DNA of 60,489 nt, from positions 1 to 60,489 of the forward strand of contig JBBRIV010000001.1 of assembly GCA_038220425.1 (NCBI GenBank), written 5' to 3'. The DNA comes from Candidatus Limnocylindrales bacterium (GTDB taxonomy: Bacteria; Chloroflexota; Limnocylindria; Limnocylindrales; CSP1-4). The translations under genes were made by a program, and so were the position numbers. Of the stretch, positions 8,587 through 18,011 are shown in pieces; position 1 is the first letter of the stretch, and each line of letters opens with the position of its first letter. The notes under the pieces are model-generated. The model was not told where the DNA came from. It was given only the letters and a program-made list of their open reading frames with translations, and made no database searches.

Positions 8587-9354
8587 ATGACCGACGCGAT
8601 CTGCTATCGCGACAGCTACGCGGCGCACACCGAGGCGGCGGTCGTGGCCGTCGAGCCAGCGGCTTCCCCAGCGGTCGACGGTGGGACGAGCCTGGTCGTC
8701 CTGGATCGGACCGTGTTCTACCCGGGTGGCGGCGGCCAGCCGGCCGACCGCGGCACGCTCCTGCGCTCGACCGACGGCCGAAGCTGGTCGGTCCGCTCGG
8801 CCCGCAAGGACGGCAGCCAGATCGTCCATGAGCTGGAGCCGGCTGAGGGCGACCCGCCGATCGTCGGCAACCGCCTGGAGGTGGACCTTGACTGGCCGCG
8901 CCGGCACCTGCTGATGCGGACCCACACCGCGCTCCATGCCCTGTGCGGAGTGGTCTGGCGCGACTACGGGGCGCAGGTCACCGGCGGCAACATGGAGCCC
9001 GGCAGCGGTCGGATGGACTTCGAGTTCGCGCGGATGAACGGCGATCTTGTCGACGCGATCGAGGCGACCGTGAACGCCGAGCTCGCCCGCGGCCGTGAGA
9101 TCCGGGTGAACGTGCTGCCCCGTGACGAAGCCTTCGCCATCCCCGACCTGATTCGGACCAAGATCAACCTGCTACCGCCCGGGATCGCCGAGATCCGCAC
9201 GATCGAGATCGTGGGCCTTGATCTCCAGGCTGACGGCGGGACGCACGTCGCCAACACCAGCGAGGTCGGCCGGATCCGGGTCACTGGCTATGAGTCCAAG
9301 GGTCGGATCAACAAGCGCATTCGGATCACCCTTGGTGACGCGATCCCGGCGTAG
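8587..9354 (+). CDS. alaX: alanyl-tRNA editing protein AlaX-like (Thr/Ala-tRNA synthetase second additional domain)
   Basis: VLDRTVFYPGGGGQPADRG, HTALHAL zinc motif, and DGGTHV near the C-terminus. Confidence 0.85.
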   Translation: MTDAICYRDSYAAHTEAAVVAVEPAASPAVDGGTSLVVLDRTVFYPGGGGQPADRGTLLRSTDGRSWSVRSARKDGSQIVHELEPAEGDPPIVGNRLEVDLDWPRRHLLMRTHTALHALCGVVWRDYGAQVTGGNMEPGSGRMDFEFARMNGDLVDAIEATVNAELARGREIRVNVLPRDEAFAIPDLIRTKINLLPPGIAEIRTIEIVGLDLQADGGTHVANTSEVGRIRVTGYESKGRINKRIRITLGDAIPA

Positions 9355-10431
9355 GACGTCCTTGAAGCGCAGGGCCGGGCGTTCGACGAGGACCTGGCTG
9401 AGGAAGGCCAGGGGCAGGATCCCGACCAGGCTGACCGCCAGGAACAGCGGCGCACCCAATCGGTGACCGCCCAGCAGGGCAATCGTCTGCTGGATCGGGA
9501 AGGCGTAGATGTACACGCCGTAGGACAGGTCGATGCGTGTCCCGAATCGGCGGAAAGGCAGGCGCCAGGCGGCCCACAGCATCCCGTAGGCCAGGGCCGC
9601 CATGCCCAGGCTGGAGAACAGCCCGAAGCGCAGGGTGACGACGAACACGACCGCGGCAAGCGCCGCCAGCCGGTCGTCGAGCGGGATCCGCTCCCGCCAC
9701 AGGTAGGCCGCCATGCCCAGGCTGAAGGCCAGCCCGAAGCGTGAGCTGAGGGCGTAGCCCACGATCGGGATGCCCTGCAGTGGGTCGGACGCCAGCAGGT
9801 AAGCGACCACCAGGAAGGCGATCAGGCCCACGATCAGGATCCGTCGGCGGAGCAGTCCCAGGGCCGCGACCACGGCCACCACCAGGTACCACGAGAACTC
9901 GTAGGCCAGCGTCCAGAGCGACCCGTTGACCGCGCTGGGGTACGGGTTCCCGGCCAGCAGGTGGTCGATCCGGGTCTGGTTGATCAGGAGCAGGACGTTG
10001 TTGGCGACGTAGCCCAGGGGCCCGTCGTCGGTCGTCTCGGCGTACCCGGCGAAGGTGCCGTGGACGTGGAACCAGAAGAACGGCCCGAACACGAGGGCGA
10101 TGACCAGCAGGCACACCCAGAACGCGGGGAAGACCCGCAGGGCGCGGTGCCACAGGTAGCGTGCCGTGCTCGAGCGCTCGGCACTCCTGGTCACCAGGAA
10201 CCCGCTGATCGTGAAGAAGCCGGCCACCGCGAACACGCCCAGGTCCGCCTGGCCCCGGGCGAAGCGCAGGACGGGATCCGAGCCGAAGCCGCCCAGCACC
10301 CGGGTGTGATGGACCACCACGAGCAGGGCCAGGCTGAACCGGAGCAGGCCGATCGCGTTGCCGCCCGGGCCGATCAGGTCGGCCACGAACCCGCGCCGGA
10401 GCATGGGTTGAGCGAGGGCCACGGAGCGCAT
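9172..10431 (-). CDS. acyltransferase family 3 integral membrane protein (OafA-like)
   Basis: ORF 9172..10584. Start taken at ATG 10431 (MRSVALAQ...). Motif LRFSLALLVVVHH, about 10 TM segments, ends ...VLVERPALRF, then a roughly 60-aa tail that is antisense to alaX. Confidence 0.85.
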   Translation of the reverse strand: MRSVALAQPMLRRGFVADLIGPGGNAIGLLRFSLALLVVVHHTRVLGGFGSDPVLRFARGQADLGVFAVAGFFTISGFLVTRSAERSSTARYLWHRALRVFPAFWVCLLVIALVFGPFFWFHVHGTFAGYAETTDDGPLGYVANNVLLLINQTRIDHLLAGNPYPSAVNGSLWTLAYEFSWYLVVAVVAALGLLRRRILIVGLIAFLVVAYLLASDPLQGIPIVGYALSSRFGLAFSLGMAAYLWRERIPLDDRLAALAAVVFVVTLRFGLFSSLGMAALAYGMLWAAWRLPFRRFGTRIDLSYGVYIYAFPIQQTIALLGGHRLGAPLFLAVSLVGILPLAFLSQVLVERPALRFKDVLRRDRVTKGDPNALVDPTLGLIASDPDPADLAGVGDVRPAVSLEIKAHDLDRADLGDPGR

Positions 10432-10553
10432 TGCTGGCGATGATAGGCCCGGCGGGTATACTCCACGTCCGCCTCCAGCCCACGCGATCCGCTGCGGCGC
10501 GCGCCCATCTCGCGACGCGCGCACAGGACCCGCACGAAGGAACCGCCCGGCAC

Positions 10554-11615
10554 ATGTTCGACCGCCTCCTCGGCCTCTTCTCACGGGACATCGGGATCGA
10601 CCTCGGGACCGCGAATACGCTGGTCCATGTTCGGAACCGCGGGATCGTCATCAGCGAGCCGAGCGTCGTGGCGATCGAGGCCAAGACCAAGAAGGTCCTG
10701 GCCATCGGCGCCGAGGCCAAGCGGATGGTCGGCCGGACGCCGGCCTCGATCATTGCCGTCCGGCCGCTCCGCGACGGTGTGATCAGCGACTTCGACGTGA
10801 CCGAGCAGATGATCAAGTACTTCGTCAACCGGGTCCATGACCGGGTTGGCCTGATCCCCCGGCCGCGGATGCTCCTGGGCGTCCCGTCGGGCGTGACCGA
10901 GGTCGAGAAGCGGGCCGTCCGCGATGCGGCGCTCAACGCCGGCGCGCGCTGGGCACGCCTGATCGAGGAGCCGATGGCCGCCGCGATCGGGGCTGGTCTG
11001 CCGGTCAGCGAGCCGTCGGGCAGCCTGATCGTCGACATCGGCGGAGGCACGACCGAGGTTGCCGTGATCAGCCTGGGCGGGATCGTCATCGCCCGGAGCA
11101 TCCGGATCGGCGGCGACGAGATGGACCAGGACATCGTCACCTTCGCCCGGCGGGAGTACAACCTGTTCCTGGGCGAGCGCACCGCCGAGGACATCAAGAT
11201 CGCCATTGCGTCGGCCTATCCCGGTGAGTGGGATGCCCAGCGGGTGACCCTCCGCGGACGCGACCTGCTGACCGGGCTGCCCCGCAGCGTCGAGGTGGGT
11301 GCCGACCAGATCCGTGAGGCGATCGAGCCGTCCGTCCAGCAGATCGTCGACACGATCAAGGACACGATCGAGGAGACCCCACCCGTGCTGGTCGACGACA
11401 TCATGGACCAGGGCATCGTCCTGGCCGGCGGCGGGGCCCTCCTGGCCGGCCTCGACCAGCGCATCGCCGAAGCGACCCAGATGCCCGTCCACATCGCCGA
11501 CGATCCGCTGACCTGCGTCGCCCGGGGCACCGGGGTCGTCCTCGAGGAGCTCGCCACCAACCCGGCGATGCAACGTGTCCTGGTTGCCGACACCTACGCG
11601 CGCACCCCGCGCTGA
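10554..11615 (+). CDS. mreB: rod shape-determining protein MreB
   Basis: MFDRLLGLFSRDIGIDLGTANTLVHV..., actin-fold motifs IVDIGGGTTEVAVISL and GIVLAGGGALL. ATG at 10554 lies within ORF 10431..11615. Confidence 0.97.
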   Translation: MFDRLLGLFSRDIGIDLGTANTLVHVRNRGIVISEPSVVAIEAKTKKVLAIGAEAKRMVGRTPASIIAVRPLRDGVISDFDVTEQMIKYFVNRVHDRVGLIPRPRMLLGVPSGVTEVEKRAVRDAALNAGARWARLIEEPMAAAIGAGLPVSEPSGSLIVDIGGGTTEVAVISLGGIVIARSIRIGGDEMDQDIVTFARREYNLFLGERTAEDIKIAIASAYPGEWDAQRVTLRGRDLLTGLPRSVEVGADQIREAIEPSVQQIVDTIKDTIEETPPVLVDDIMDQGIVLAGGGALLAGLDQRIAEATQMPVHIADDPLTCVARGTGVVLEELATNPAMQRVLVADTYARTPR

Positions 11616-11639
11616 CCGGCGCGACCGGGGTCGATTGCG

Positions 11640-12596
11640 ATGACCGCGCTGCTCAATGACCGCCGGACACGCCGGCGCTCGGTCACCTACGGGCTGCTCC
11701 TGGTCACCTGCCTCGTGCTCATGGTCTTTTCCTCGAGCCCGCCCGTCCAGCAGCTCCAGAAGGGCGTGGCGTTTGCCTTCAAGCCGGTCCAGGCCACGGT
11801 CGATTCGCTCGCCCGGGGCGTGGGTGCCCTGGTCGCCACGATCGGCGAGATCGACACCCTCCACCGGACGAATGACCAGCTGACTGCCGAGAATGCGGCC
11901 CTCACGGCACAGAATGCCCGGGCCAAGGAGCTCGAGCGGGAGAACCAGGTCCTGACCGGCTTGCTCCAGGTCCAGTCCGGGCTGGGATTCCAGTCGATCG
12001 CCGCGACCGTGATCGGGCGCGAGACATCCGAATTCCGGCGGGTCGTAACGATCGACGTGGGGACGGACCGGGGAATCGTCGTCGGCGACATCGTGGTTGG
12101 CGACGGGGGCGCACTGGCCGGCCGGGTGACGGCCGTGGCGGGCTCCTCGGCCAGCGTCCTGCTGATCAACGACACGACCTCGACCGTGATCGGCCAGCTC
12201 GGTTCGAACCAGGCCACGGGATCGGTCCTCGGCCAGCTCGGCGGCGTGCTGGTGATGGAGGACATCGATTCCACCGAGCGGGTCCAGATCAACGACCAGG
12301 TCGTGACCGCCGGGATCGACCTGGGGACCGGCGTCCGCTCGTCCTTCCCCAAGGGCCTCCTGATCGGCACGGTGGTCGACGACCAGCGCGACGCCAACGC
12401 GGTGGTCCAGACGGCGTTCATCCAGCCCGCAGTCAACCTGGACAAGCTGGAATACGTGCTCGTCATCACGAACTACAAGGGTGGCCTGCCACCTCTGGAC
12501 CAGCAGGCCGTGCCGTGTCCCACCGCGGGCGCCACCCTGCCAGTGGGCGAGCAGCCATGCGTGGTTGCAAGCCCGGCTCCCACGGCTCACCCCTGA
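11640..12596 (+). CDS. mreC: rod shape-determining protein MreC
   Basis: N-terminal TM helix, a coiled-coil (LTAENAALTAQNARAKELERENQVL), and beta-barrel domains with VVTAGID...FPKGLLIGTV. Confidence 0.9.
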   Translation: MTALLNDRRTRRRSVTYGLLLVTCLVLMVFSSSPPVQQLQKGVAFAFKPVQATVDSLARGVGALVATIGEIDTLHRTNDQLTAENAALTAQNARAKELERENQVLTGLLQVQSGLGFQSIAATVIGRETSEFRRVVTIDVGTDRGIVVGDIVVGDGGALAGRVTAVAGSSASVLLINDTTSTVIGQLGSNQATGSVLGQLGGVLVMEDIDSTERVQINDQVVTAGIDLGTGVRSSFPKGLLIGTVVDDQRDANAVVQTAFIQPAVNLDKLEYVLVITNYKGGLPPLDQQAVPCPTAGATLPVGEQPCVVASPAPTAHP

Positions 12597-12613
12597 CCGC
12601 TAGGCTTCCATCG

Positions 12614-13375
12614 ATGAAAGGCATCGTTCTTGCCGGCGGAACCGCCACCCGCCTGTTCCCGCTGACGATTGTCACCAACAAGCACCTGCTGCCGATCTAT
12701 GACCGGCCGATGATCTATTACCCGATCGCGACCCTGGCCGGGATGGGCATCCGCGAGGTGATGGTGATCGTGGGCGGCAAGAGCGTCGGCGATGTCGTGG
12801 AGCTCCTCGCCGATGGCTCGCACTTCGGCCTGGACCTGACCTATCGCTACCAGCACGGCGCCCTGGGGATTGCCCACGCGATCGGCCTGGCCCGCGATTT
12901 CGTGGGCGACGAGGCGTTCTGCTGCGTCCTCGGCGACAACATCCTGCTGGGCGAGCCACTGGCGGCCCAGGCCGCCGAGTTCGAGGCCGGCTCGTACGGC
13001 GCCGGCACGCTCCTCTACCGGGTGCCCGATCCCGAGCGATTCGGGGTGGCCGAGCTGGGTCCGGACGGCGCCGTGATCGGCTTCGAAGAGAAGCCGGCCG
13101 TACCCAAGAGCGACCTGATCCCGATCGGCGTGTACTTCCTGCGGGCCGGGGCGTTCGACGTGATCGACCAGCTGGCGCCGTCGGGCCGGGGCGAGTTCGA
13201 GATCACCGACGTGCTCAACCACTACATCCCCAGCGGCGGCCTGTACACCCGGGTCTACGACGGCCATTGGGCCGACGCCGGCACGGTCCCGTCGCTGATG
13301 CGGGCCGCGGCGATTGCGGCCGAGGACGATGAGCAGGGGCGGCTGAGTCCTGCCCCGCAGCGGCCGGGCCGCTAG
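12614..13375 (+). CDS. rmlA: glucose-1-phosphate thymidylyltransferase (short form sugar nucleotidyltransferase)
   Basis: MKGIVLAGGTATRLFPLT...NKHLLPIYDRPMIYYP. ATG at 12614 lies within ORF 12515..13375. First gene of the rml block. Confidence 0.85.
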   Translation: MKGIVLAGGTATRLFPLTIVTNKHLLPIYDRPMIYYPIATLAGMGIREVMVIVGGKSVGDVVELLADGSHFGLDLTYRYQHGALGIAHAIGLARDFVGDEAFCCVLGDNILLGEPLAAQAAEFEAGSYGAGTLLYRVPDPERFGVAELGPDGAVIGFEEKPAVPKSDLIPIGVYFLRAGAFDVIDQLAPSGRGEFEITDVLNHYIPSGGLYTRVYDGHWADAGTVPSLMRAAAIAAEDDEQGRLSPAPQRPGR

Positions 13376-13391
13376 TCATGGTGAACGCCAC

Positions 13392-14489
13392 ATGACCCAC
13401 GAACAGTTTGGTCCGGGCTCGCATCTGCTGGTGACCGGTGGTGCCGGGTTCATCGGCAGTGCCTTCGTGCGCGAGGTCCTGGGCCGTGACGACGGCACCC
13501 GGATCACCATCCTGGACACCCTGACCTACGCCGGCAACGAGGCCAACCTGCGGCCGGTCATGGACGATCCCGGCCAGGCCGCCCGGTTGACCTTTGTCCG
13601 CGGCGACATCGCCGACCCGGCGGTCGTCCGACCTCTGGTCGCCGAGGTGGATGCCGTCCTCAACTTCGCGGCCGAGTCGCACGTCGATCGCTCGATCCTG
13701 GATCCGGAAGCGTTCCTGCGGACCGGGGTGATCGGCGTCCATGTGCTGCTCGATGCCTGCCGGGCCGCAGCCACCGAGCGGGCCGCCGGATCTCGTGCCG
13801 CCCCGCGCTACCTCCAGGTCAGCACCGACGAGGTCTACGGCTCGGTCGAGACCGGTCAATCAGTGGAGACCGACGTGCTCGCGCCGCGCTCGCCGTATGC
13901 CGCGGCCAAGGCTGCCGGCGAGCTGCTGGTCCGCAGCTACGTCGTGACCCACGGGGTCGACGCGGTCGTGACCCGCGGCTCGAACACCTACGGCCCATAC
14001 CACCACCCCGAGAAGCTCATCCCGCTGTTCATCACCAATGCCCTCGAGGATCGACCGTTGCCGCTCTACGGCGACGGCCTCCAGCAACGCGACTGGTTGT
14101 TCGTCACGGACCACGCCGGGGCGATCGAGACGGTCCTGCGCCGGGGCCAGACCGGCCAGACCTACAACATCCCCGGTTCGGCCGAGCTGACCAACCGGGA
14201 AGTGGTCCGACTCCTGCTCGAGGCCCTGGGCAAGCCCTGGTCGCTGGTCCGGACGGTCGACGACCGGCTCGGCCACGATCGGCGCTACGCCCTGGACGGT
14301 TCGAAGCTGGCGGCCCTGGGCTGGCGCAACAAGGTGGATTTCGCCGACGGCTTGCGGACGACGGTCGACTGGTTCGAGGCCAACGAGGCCTGGTGGCGGG
14401 CGATCAAGGCCGGCGACTGGGACGCCTACTACGAGCGCCAGTACGGGCGCCGGCTGGCCGGTTCGCAGGCTGCCGAGCCGGCGCACTGA
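13392..14489 (+). CDS. rmlB: dTDP-glucose 4,6-dehydratase
   Basis: LVTGGAGFIGS, SDR motif STDEVYG, YAAAKAAGE (YxxxK). Confidence 0.95.
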   Translation: MTHEQFGPGSHLLVTGGAGFIGSAFVREVLGRDDGTRITILDTLTYAGNEANLRPVMDDPGQAARLTFVRGDIADPAVVRPLVAEVDAVLNFAAESHVDRSILDPEAFLRTGVIGVHVLLDACRAAATERAAGSRAAPRYLQVSTDEVYGSVETGQSVETDVLAPRSPYAAAKAAGELLVRSYVVTHGVDAVVTRGSNTYGPYHHPEKLIPLFITNALEDRPLPLYGDGLQQRDWLFVTDHAGAIETVLRRGQTGQTYNIPGSAELTNREVVRLLLEALGKPWSLVRTVDDRLGHDRRYALDGSKLAALGWRNKVDFADGLRTTVDWFEANEAWWRAIKAGDWDAYYERQYGRRLAGSQAAEPAH

Positions 14490-14490
14490 A

Positions 14491-15423
14491 GTGCGGGTCG
14501 CGGTCACCGGCACCGGCGGCCGTCTCGGCCGGGCGGTCCTGTCGGCCCTGGCCGCGGCCCCCTTCACCGGGATCAGTGGGCCGCTGGCCTGGCATCGGCC
14601 CGATTACGACCTCGACGATCCCGGAGCAGCGGCCCGGTTGATTGCCCGGGACCGACCCGAGATGATCGTCCACGCAGCAGCCTGGACGGACGTCGATGGC
14701 TGCGCCCGGGATCCGCAGACGGCGCTCCGCCGCAACGGCGAAGCGGTGGGCGACCTCGCTCGGGCAGCGGCGGCGGCGGGGATTGACCTGATCCTCGTCT
14801 CGACCAACGAGGTCTTCGATGGCGCACGGACCGACGGGCTGGGCTACCGACCGCAGGACATGCCCAACCCGATCAATGCCTACGGTGCGAGCAAGCTGGC
14901 CGGCGAGGTCGCCGCGGCCCAGGCCTACGGCTGGCAGGCGGCCACGTCGCCGACGACGGGTCCGGCCCTCGCGATCGTCCGAACGGCCTGGCTCTATGGG
15001 CCGCCGGGCAATGACTTTCCCGAGAAGATCGCCAGGGCGGCTGGGCGGGCCAGCGCGGCCGGCGAGCCGCTGAAGGTCGTCTTCGACGAGACGGGATCGC
15101 CGACCCTGACGGGTGACCTCGCCGATGCCATCGTCGCCCTGGTTGGGGATGGCGTGTGGTTCGGAGGCATCCACCACATCGTGAACACCGACGTCGCGAC
15201 TCGCGCCCAGTGGGCGCGGGCGGTCCTGGCCGGCCTTGGGACTGAGACCTCGATCGAGGAGGTCCCCGGCTCAACCTGGGCTCGCGCCTCCACGCCTCCG
15301 GCCTGGGCGGTGCTCGAACCGACCGACAACCGGGCGAACGGGGGACCCCTGCGGACCTGGCAGCTGGCCCTGGCCGACTACCTGCCGACGCTCCGGCGCC
15401 AGCTTGCGAGCAGCGCGCGATGA
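14491..15423 (+). CDS. rmlD: dTDP-4-dehydrorhamnose reductase
   Basis: MRVAVTGTGGRLG, AAWTDVDGCE-like segment, YGASKLAGE. GTG start abuts the rmlB stop. Confidence 0.9.
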   Translation: MRVAVTGTGGRLGRAVLSALAAAPFTGISGPLAWHRPDYDLDDPGAAARLIARDRPEMIVHAAAWTDVDGCARDPQTALRRNGEAVGDLARAAAAAGIDLILVSTNEVFDGARTDGLGYRPQDMPNPINAYGASKLAGEVAAAQAYGWQAATSPTTGPALAIVRTAWLYGPPGNDFPEKIARAAGRASAAGEPLKVVFDETGSPTLTGDLADAIVALVGDGVWFGGIHHIVNTDVATRAQWARAVLAGLGTETSIEEVPGSTWARASTPPAWAVLEPTDNRANGGPLRTWQLALADYLPTLRRQLASSAR

Positions 15424-15992
15424 GCGAGGAATCGGGCCTGCTGCCGGGCGTCCGGTGGGGCAGGATCCCGCGATTTGGCGACAGCCGGGGCTCCTTCCGC
15501 GAGCTGTGGCGGGCGTCTGGCGGCTTCGACCTCGACCCGCGCTGGACTGGGGCATCGAAGGCCCGCTTCGTCCAGGCCAACCTGTCCACCTCCGCGGCCG
15601 GCGTCCTGCGTGGTCTGCACTACCACCGCCGCCAGCTCGACCAATGGATCGTGGCCTCGGGCCGGGCGTTGGTCGCCCTGGTCGACGTCCGGCCGGCCGT
15701 CGGCGGATCCGGTCCGGCGTTGGTCGAGACCCGCGAGCTGGTTGCTGATGGATCGGTGACGATTCCCATCGGCGTCGCGCACGGCTTCCTGGCCCTCGAG
15801 CCGCTCGAGCTCATCTACCTCGTCACGAACGAGTACGACGGGTCCGATGAGCTGGGCTTCGCCTGGGACGACCCGGCGGTAGGCGTGCCCTGGCCGGCCT
15901 GCCCCACGGTCGACGGCCGGCCGATCCTGTCCGAGCGCGACCAGTCAAACCCCAGCCTGGAGGACCTGCTGGCGCGGCTGCGCTCGCAATAG
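15420..15992 (+). CDS. rmlC: dTDP-4-dehydrorhamnose 3,5-epimerase
   Basis: GDSRGSFRELW...QANLSTSAAGVLRGLHYH...GVAHGF cupin motifs. 4-nt overlap with rmlD. Confidence 0.92.
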   Translation: MSEESGLLPGVRWGRIPRFGDSRGSFRELWRASGGFDLDPRWTGASKARFVQANLSTSAAGVLRGLHYHRRQLDQWIVASGRALVALVDVRPAVGGSGPALVETRELVADGSVTIPIGVAHGFLALEPLELIYLVTNEYDGSDELGFAWDDPAVGVPWPACPTVDGRPILSERDQSNPSLEDLLARLRSQ

Positions 15993-16249
15993 GCTTCACA
16001 GGTGGTGCGCGGACGCCCCACCTTCAGCTATCGTGACAACGGCCGGGGCACCACCCCGACCACCACCAACATCACCGCAAACCGCCTGACTGCGCCGTTC
16101 CGACCGGCGTTTCGGACGTTGGGGCCATACCGGCCCGGGACGATGTCGGGATTGAGTCGGGCCACCCCATCCGGGAGTCTGGGGTTGTCCTCCCCATCCG
16201 GATCGCTGGCTGTGCCACGAACCGGGCCGCGGAAGCTCGGAGACTCCTG

Positions 16250-17179
16250 TTGCGTAACCTGTTCGGCGCCCTGTCCCTGGCCTGTCTGCTGGTCCTGGCT
16301 GCCTTCGTCCCGGCTGCCTCGGCTTCGACCCAGAGCCTGTCGACCGCCAAGGTCGTGATCATCGTCGGACCGGTCGAGGGCAGCACCCCCACCTATATCG
16401 CGGATGCCAACGCGACCGCCGCGGTCGCCCGGCAGTACAGCTCCAATGTCGTGACGATCTACTCGCCGTACGCGACGTGGGCCAACGTGGAGCCGGCCCT
16501 CCAGGGTGCCTCGATCGTCGTCTACTTCGGCCATGGCAACGGCTGGCCTAGCCCCTACAAGCCGTTCCAGGAGAACACCAAGGACGGCATCGGCCTGAAC
16601 GCCGCCTCGCACAAGGGTGACTCGAACGTCCTGTATTACGGTGCGAACTACCTCGCGAAATACGTCAAGCTGGCCCCCAACGCCGTCGTGCTCCTGGGAC
16701 ACCTGTGCTACTCGGCCGGCAACTCTGAGTCGGGCGATCCTGCCCCAACGTTGGCCGTGGCCGAACAGCGGGTCGACAACATGGGCGCCGGCTGGCTCCA
16801 GACCGGCGCCCGGGCCGTGATCTCCGAGCCGTACTCGAACGTGGAAGGCTGGTACATCCAGAACCTGTTCAGCTCGTTCCAGACGATCGGCGACATGTGG
16901 CAGAACGCGCCGAATGACAACAACAACGTCACGACGCTGGGCTCGGTGCGCACCAGCTGGGCGACGGTCCAGCTCGACCCGAACCCGGGCATCCCGGCCA
17001 CCGAGAACGATCACTTCAGCCGCGGGATCAGCGGCGACATGACCCTGTTCAGCGGCGCGGTCGTGGGCAGCTCGGTGCCCTCGCCCTACGGCAAGGTCAG
17101 CCTGGGCCAGCCGGGTTCGTCCGGGCGCTCCGCGGCCGCGACGATCCAGGTCCACGTCCTGCAGCTGCACCTGCGCTGA
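16250..17179 (+). CDS. secreted hypothetical protein, His/Cys (clan-CD peptidase-like) motif family, paralogue 1
   Basis: TTG start with GGAG 7 nt upstream. Signal peptide ...PAASAS. Motifs VVIIVGP, IVVYFGHGNGWPSP, QENTKDGIGLN, AVVLLGHLCYSAGNSE. About 50% identical to the product of 54032..54913. Confidence 0.8.
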   Translation: MRNLFGALSLACLLVLAAFVPAASASTQSLSTAKVVIIVGPVEGSTPTYIADANATAAVARQYSSNVVTIYSPYATWANVEPALQGASIVVYFGHGNGWPSPYKPFQENTKDGIGLNAASHKGDSNVLYYGANYLAKYVKLAPNAVVLLGHLCYSAGNSESGDPAPTLAVAEQRVDNMGAGWLQTGARAVISEPYSNVEGWYIQNLFSSFQTIGDMWQNAPNDNNNVTTLGSVRTSWATVQLDPNPGIPATENDHFSRGISGDMTLFSGAVVGSSVPSPYGKVSLGQPGSSGRSAAATIQVHVLQLHLR

Positions 17180-17214
17180 TCTCCGGGCGGCACCGTCGCC
17201 CTACACTGGCTTCC

Positions 17215-17976
17215 ATGGCGTCTGATCCGCGACCCGGAACCTGGGTCATCCTGCCCACCTACAACGAAGCGGAGAACCTGCCCGGCATCGCGGCGGCGAT
17301 CCTGGCCGAGCTGCCCGCCGCGACCCTCCTCGTTGTCGATGACGGATCGCCCGACGGAACGGGTGGCCTGGCCGATGCGCTGGCCGCCGACAACGAGCGG
17401 GTGCGTGTCCGCCATCGACCGACCAAGCAGGGCCTCGGCCGGGCCTATCTCGACGGCTTCCGGGTGGCCCTCGACGGTGGGGCCGACGTGATCGTCCAGA
17501 TGGACGCGGACTGGTCCCACGATCCGGCAGCGCTGCCCGAGCTGATCGGCCCGGTCAGCGCCGGTTCGACCGACCTGGTCATCGGCTCGCGCTACGTCCC
17601 GGGCGGCGGGGTGGTGGATTGGGGGCTTGCTCGGCGGATGATCTCACGGGGCGGCAGCCTGTTCGCCCGGTCCGTCCTGGGTCTCGAGCCGCACGACCTG
17701 ACCGGTGGGTTCAAGGCCTGGCGGGCGCCCACCCTGGCTTCCATCCCGTTCGACGGGATCCACGCCGGCGGCTACGTCTTCCAGATCGAGATGACCTTCC
17801 GGGCCAGCCGCCTGGGAGCGCGTATCGAGGAGGTCCCGATCACCTTCCGGGACCGGCGCGTGGGCCAGTCCAAGATGTCCCGCCGGATCATCGGCGAGGC
17901 CCTGATCGTCGTCCTGCAGCTTCGCTGGGACGAGCTGCGCGGACGGGGCCCGCGCGCGATGCGCCCCCAGGCGTGA
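17215..17976 (+). CDS. ppm1: polyprenol-phosphate mannose synthase / dolichyl-phosphate mannosyltransferase-type GT2
   Basis: VILPTYNEAENL, LLVVDDGSPDGT, QMDADWSHDP, FRDRRVGQSKM. Confidence 0.9.
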   Translation: MASDPRPGTWVILPTYNEAENLPGIAAAILAELPAATLLVVDDGSPDGTGGLADALAADNERVRVRHRPTKQGLGRAYLDGFRVALDGGADVIVQMDADWSHDPAALPELIGPVSAGSTDLVIGSRYVPGGGVVDWGLARRMISRGGSLFARSVLGLEPHDLTGGFKAWRAPTLASIPFDGIHAGGYVFQIEMTFRASRLGARIEEVPITFRDRRVGQSKMSRRIIGEALIVVLQLRWDELRGRGPRAMRPQA

Positions 17977-18011
17977 CCGCCGGTCCCGACCCGCTCGGCC
18001 TGCGTGTCGTG

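Noticed and set aside
17619-18011. The N-terminal 118-131 aa of ORF 17619..19304 as part of the GT4 protein.
   Set aside because: This part overlaps the 3' half of ppm1 in another frame and has an Arg/Pro-rich artefact composition. Plausible starts (GTG 17973, ATG 18012) lie at the ppm1 stop.
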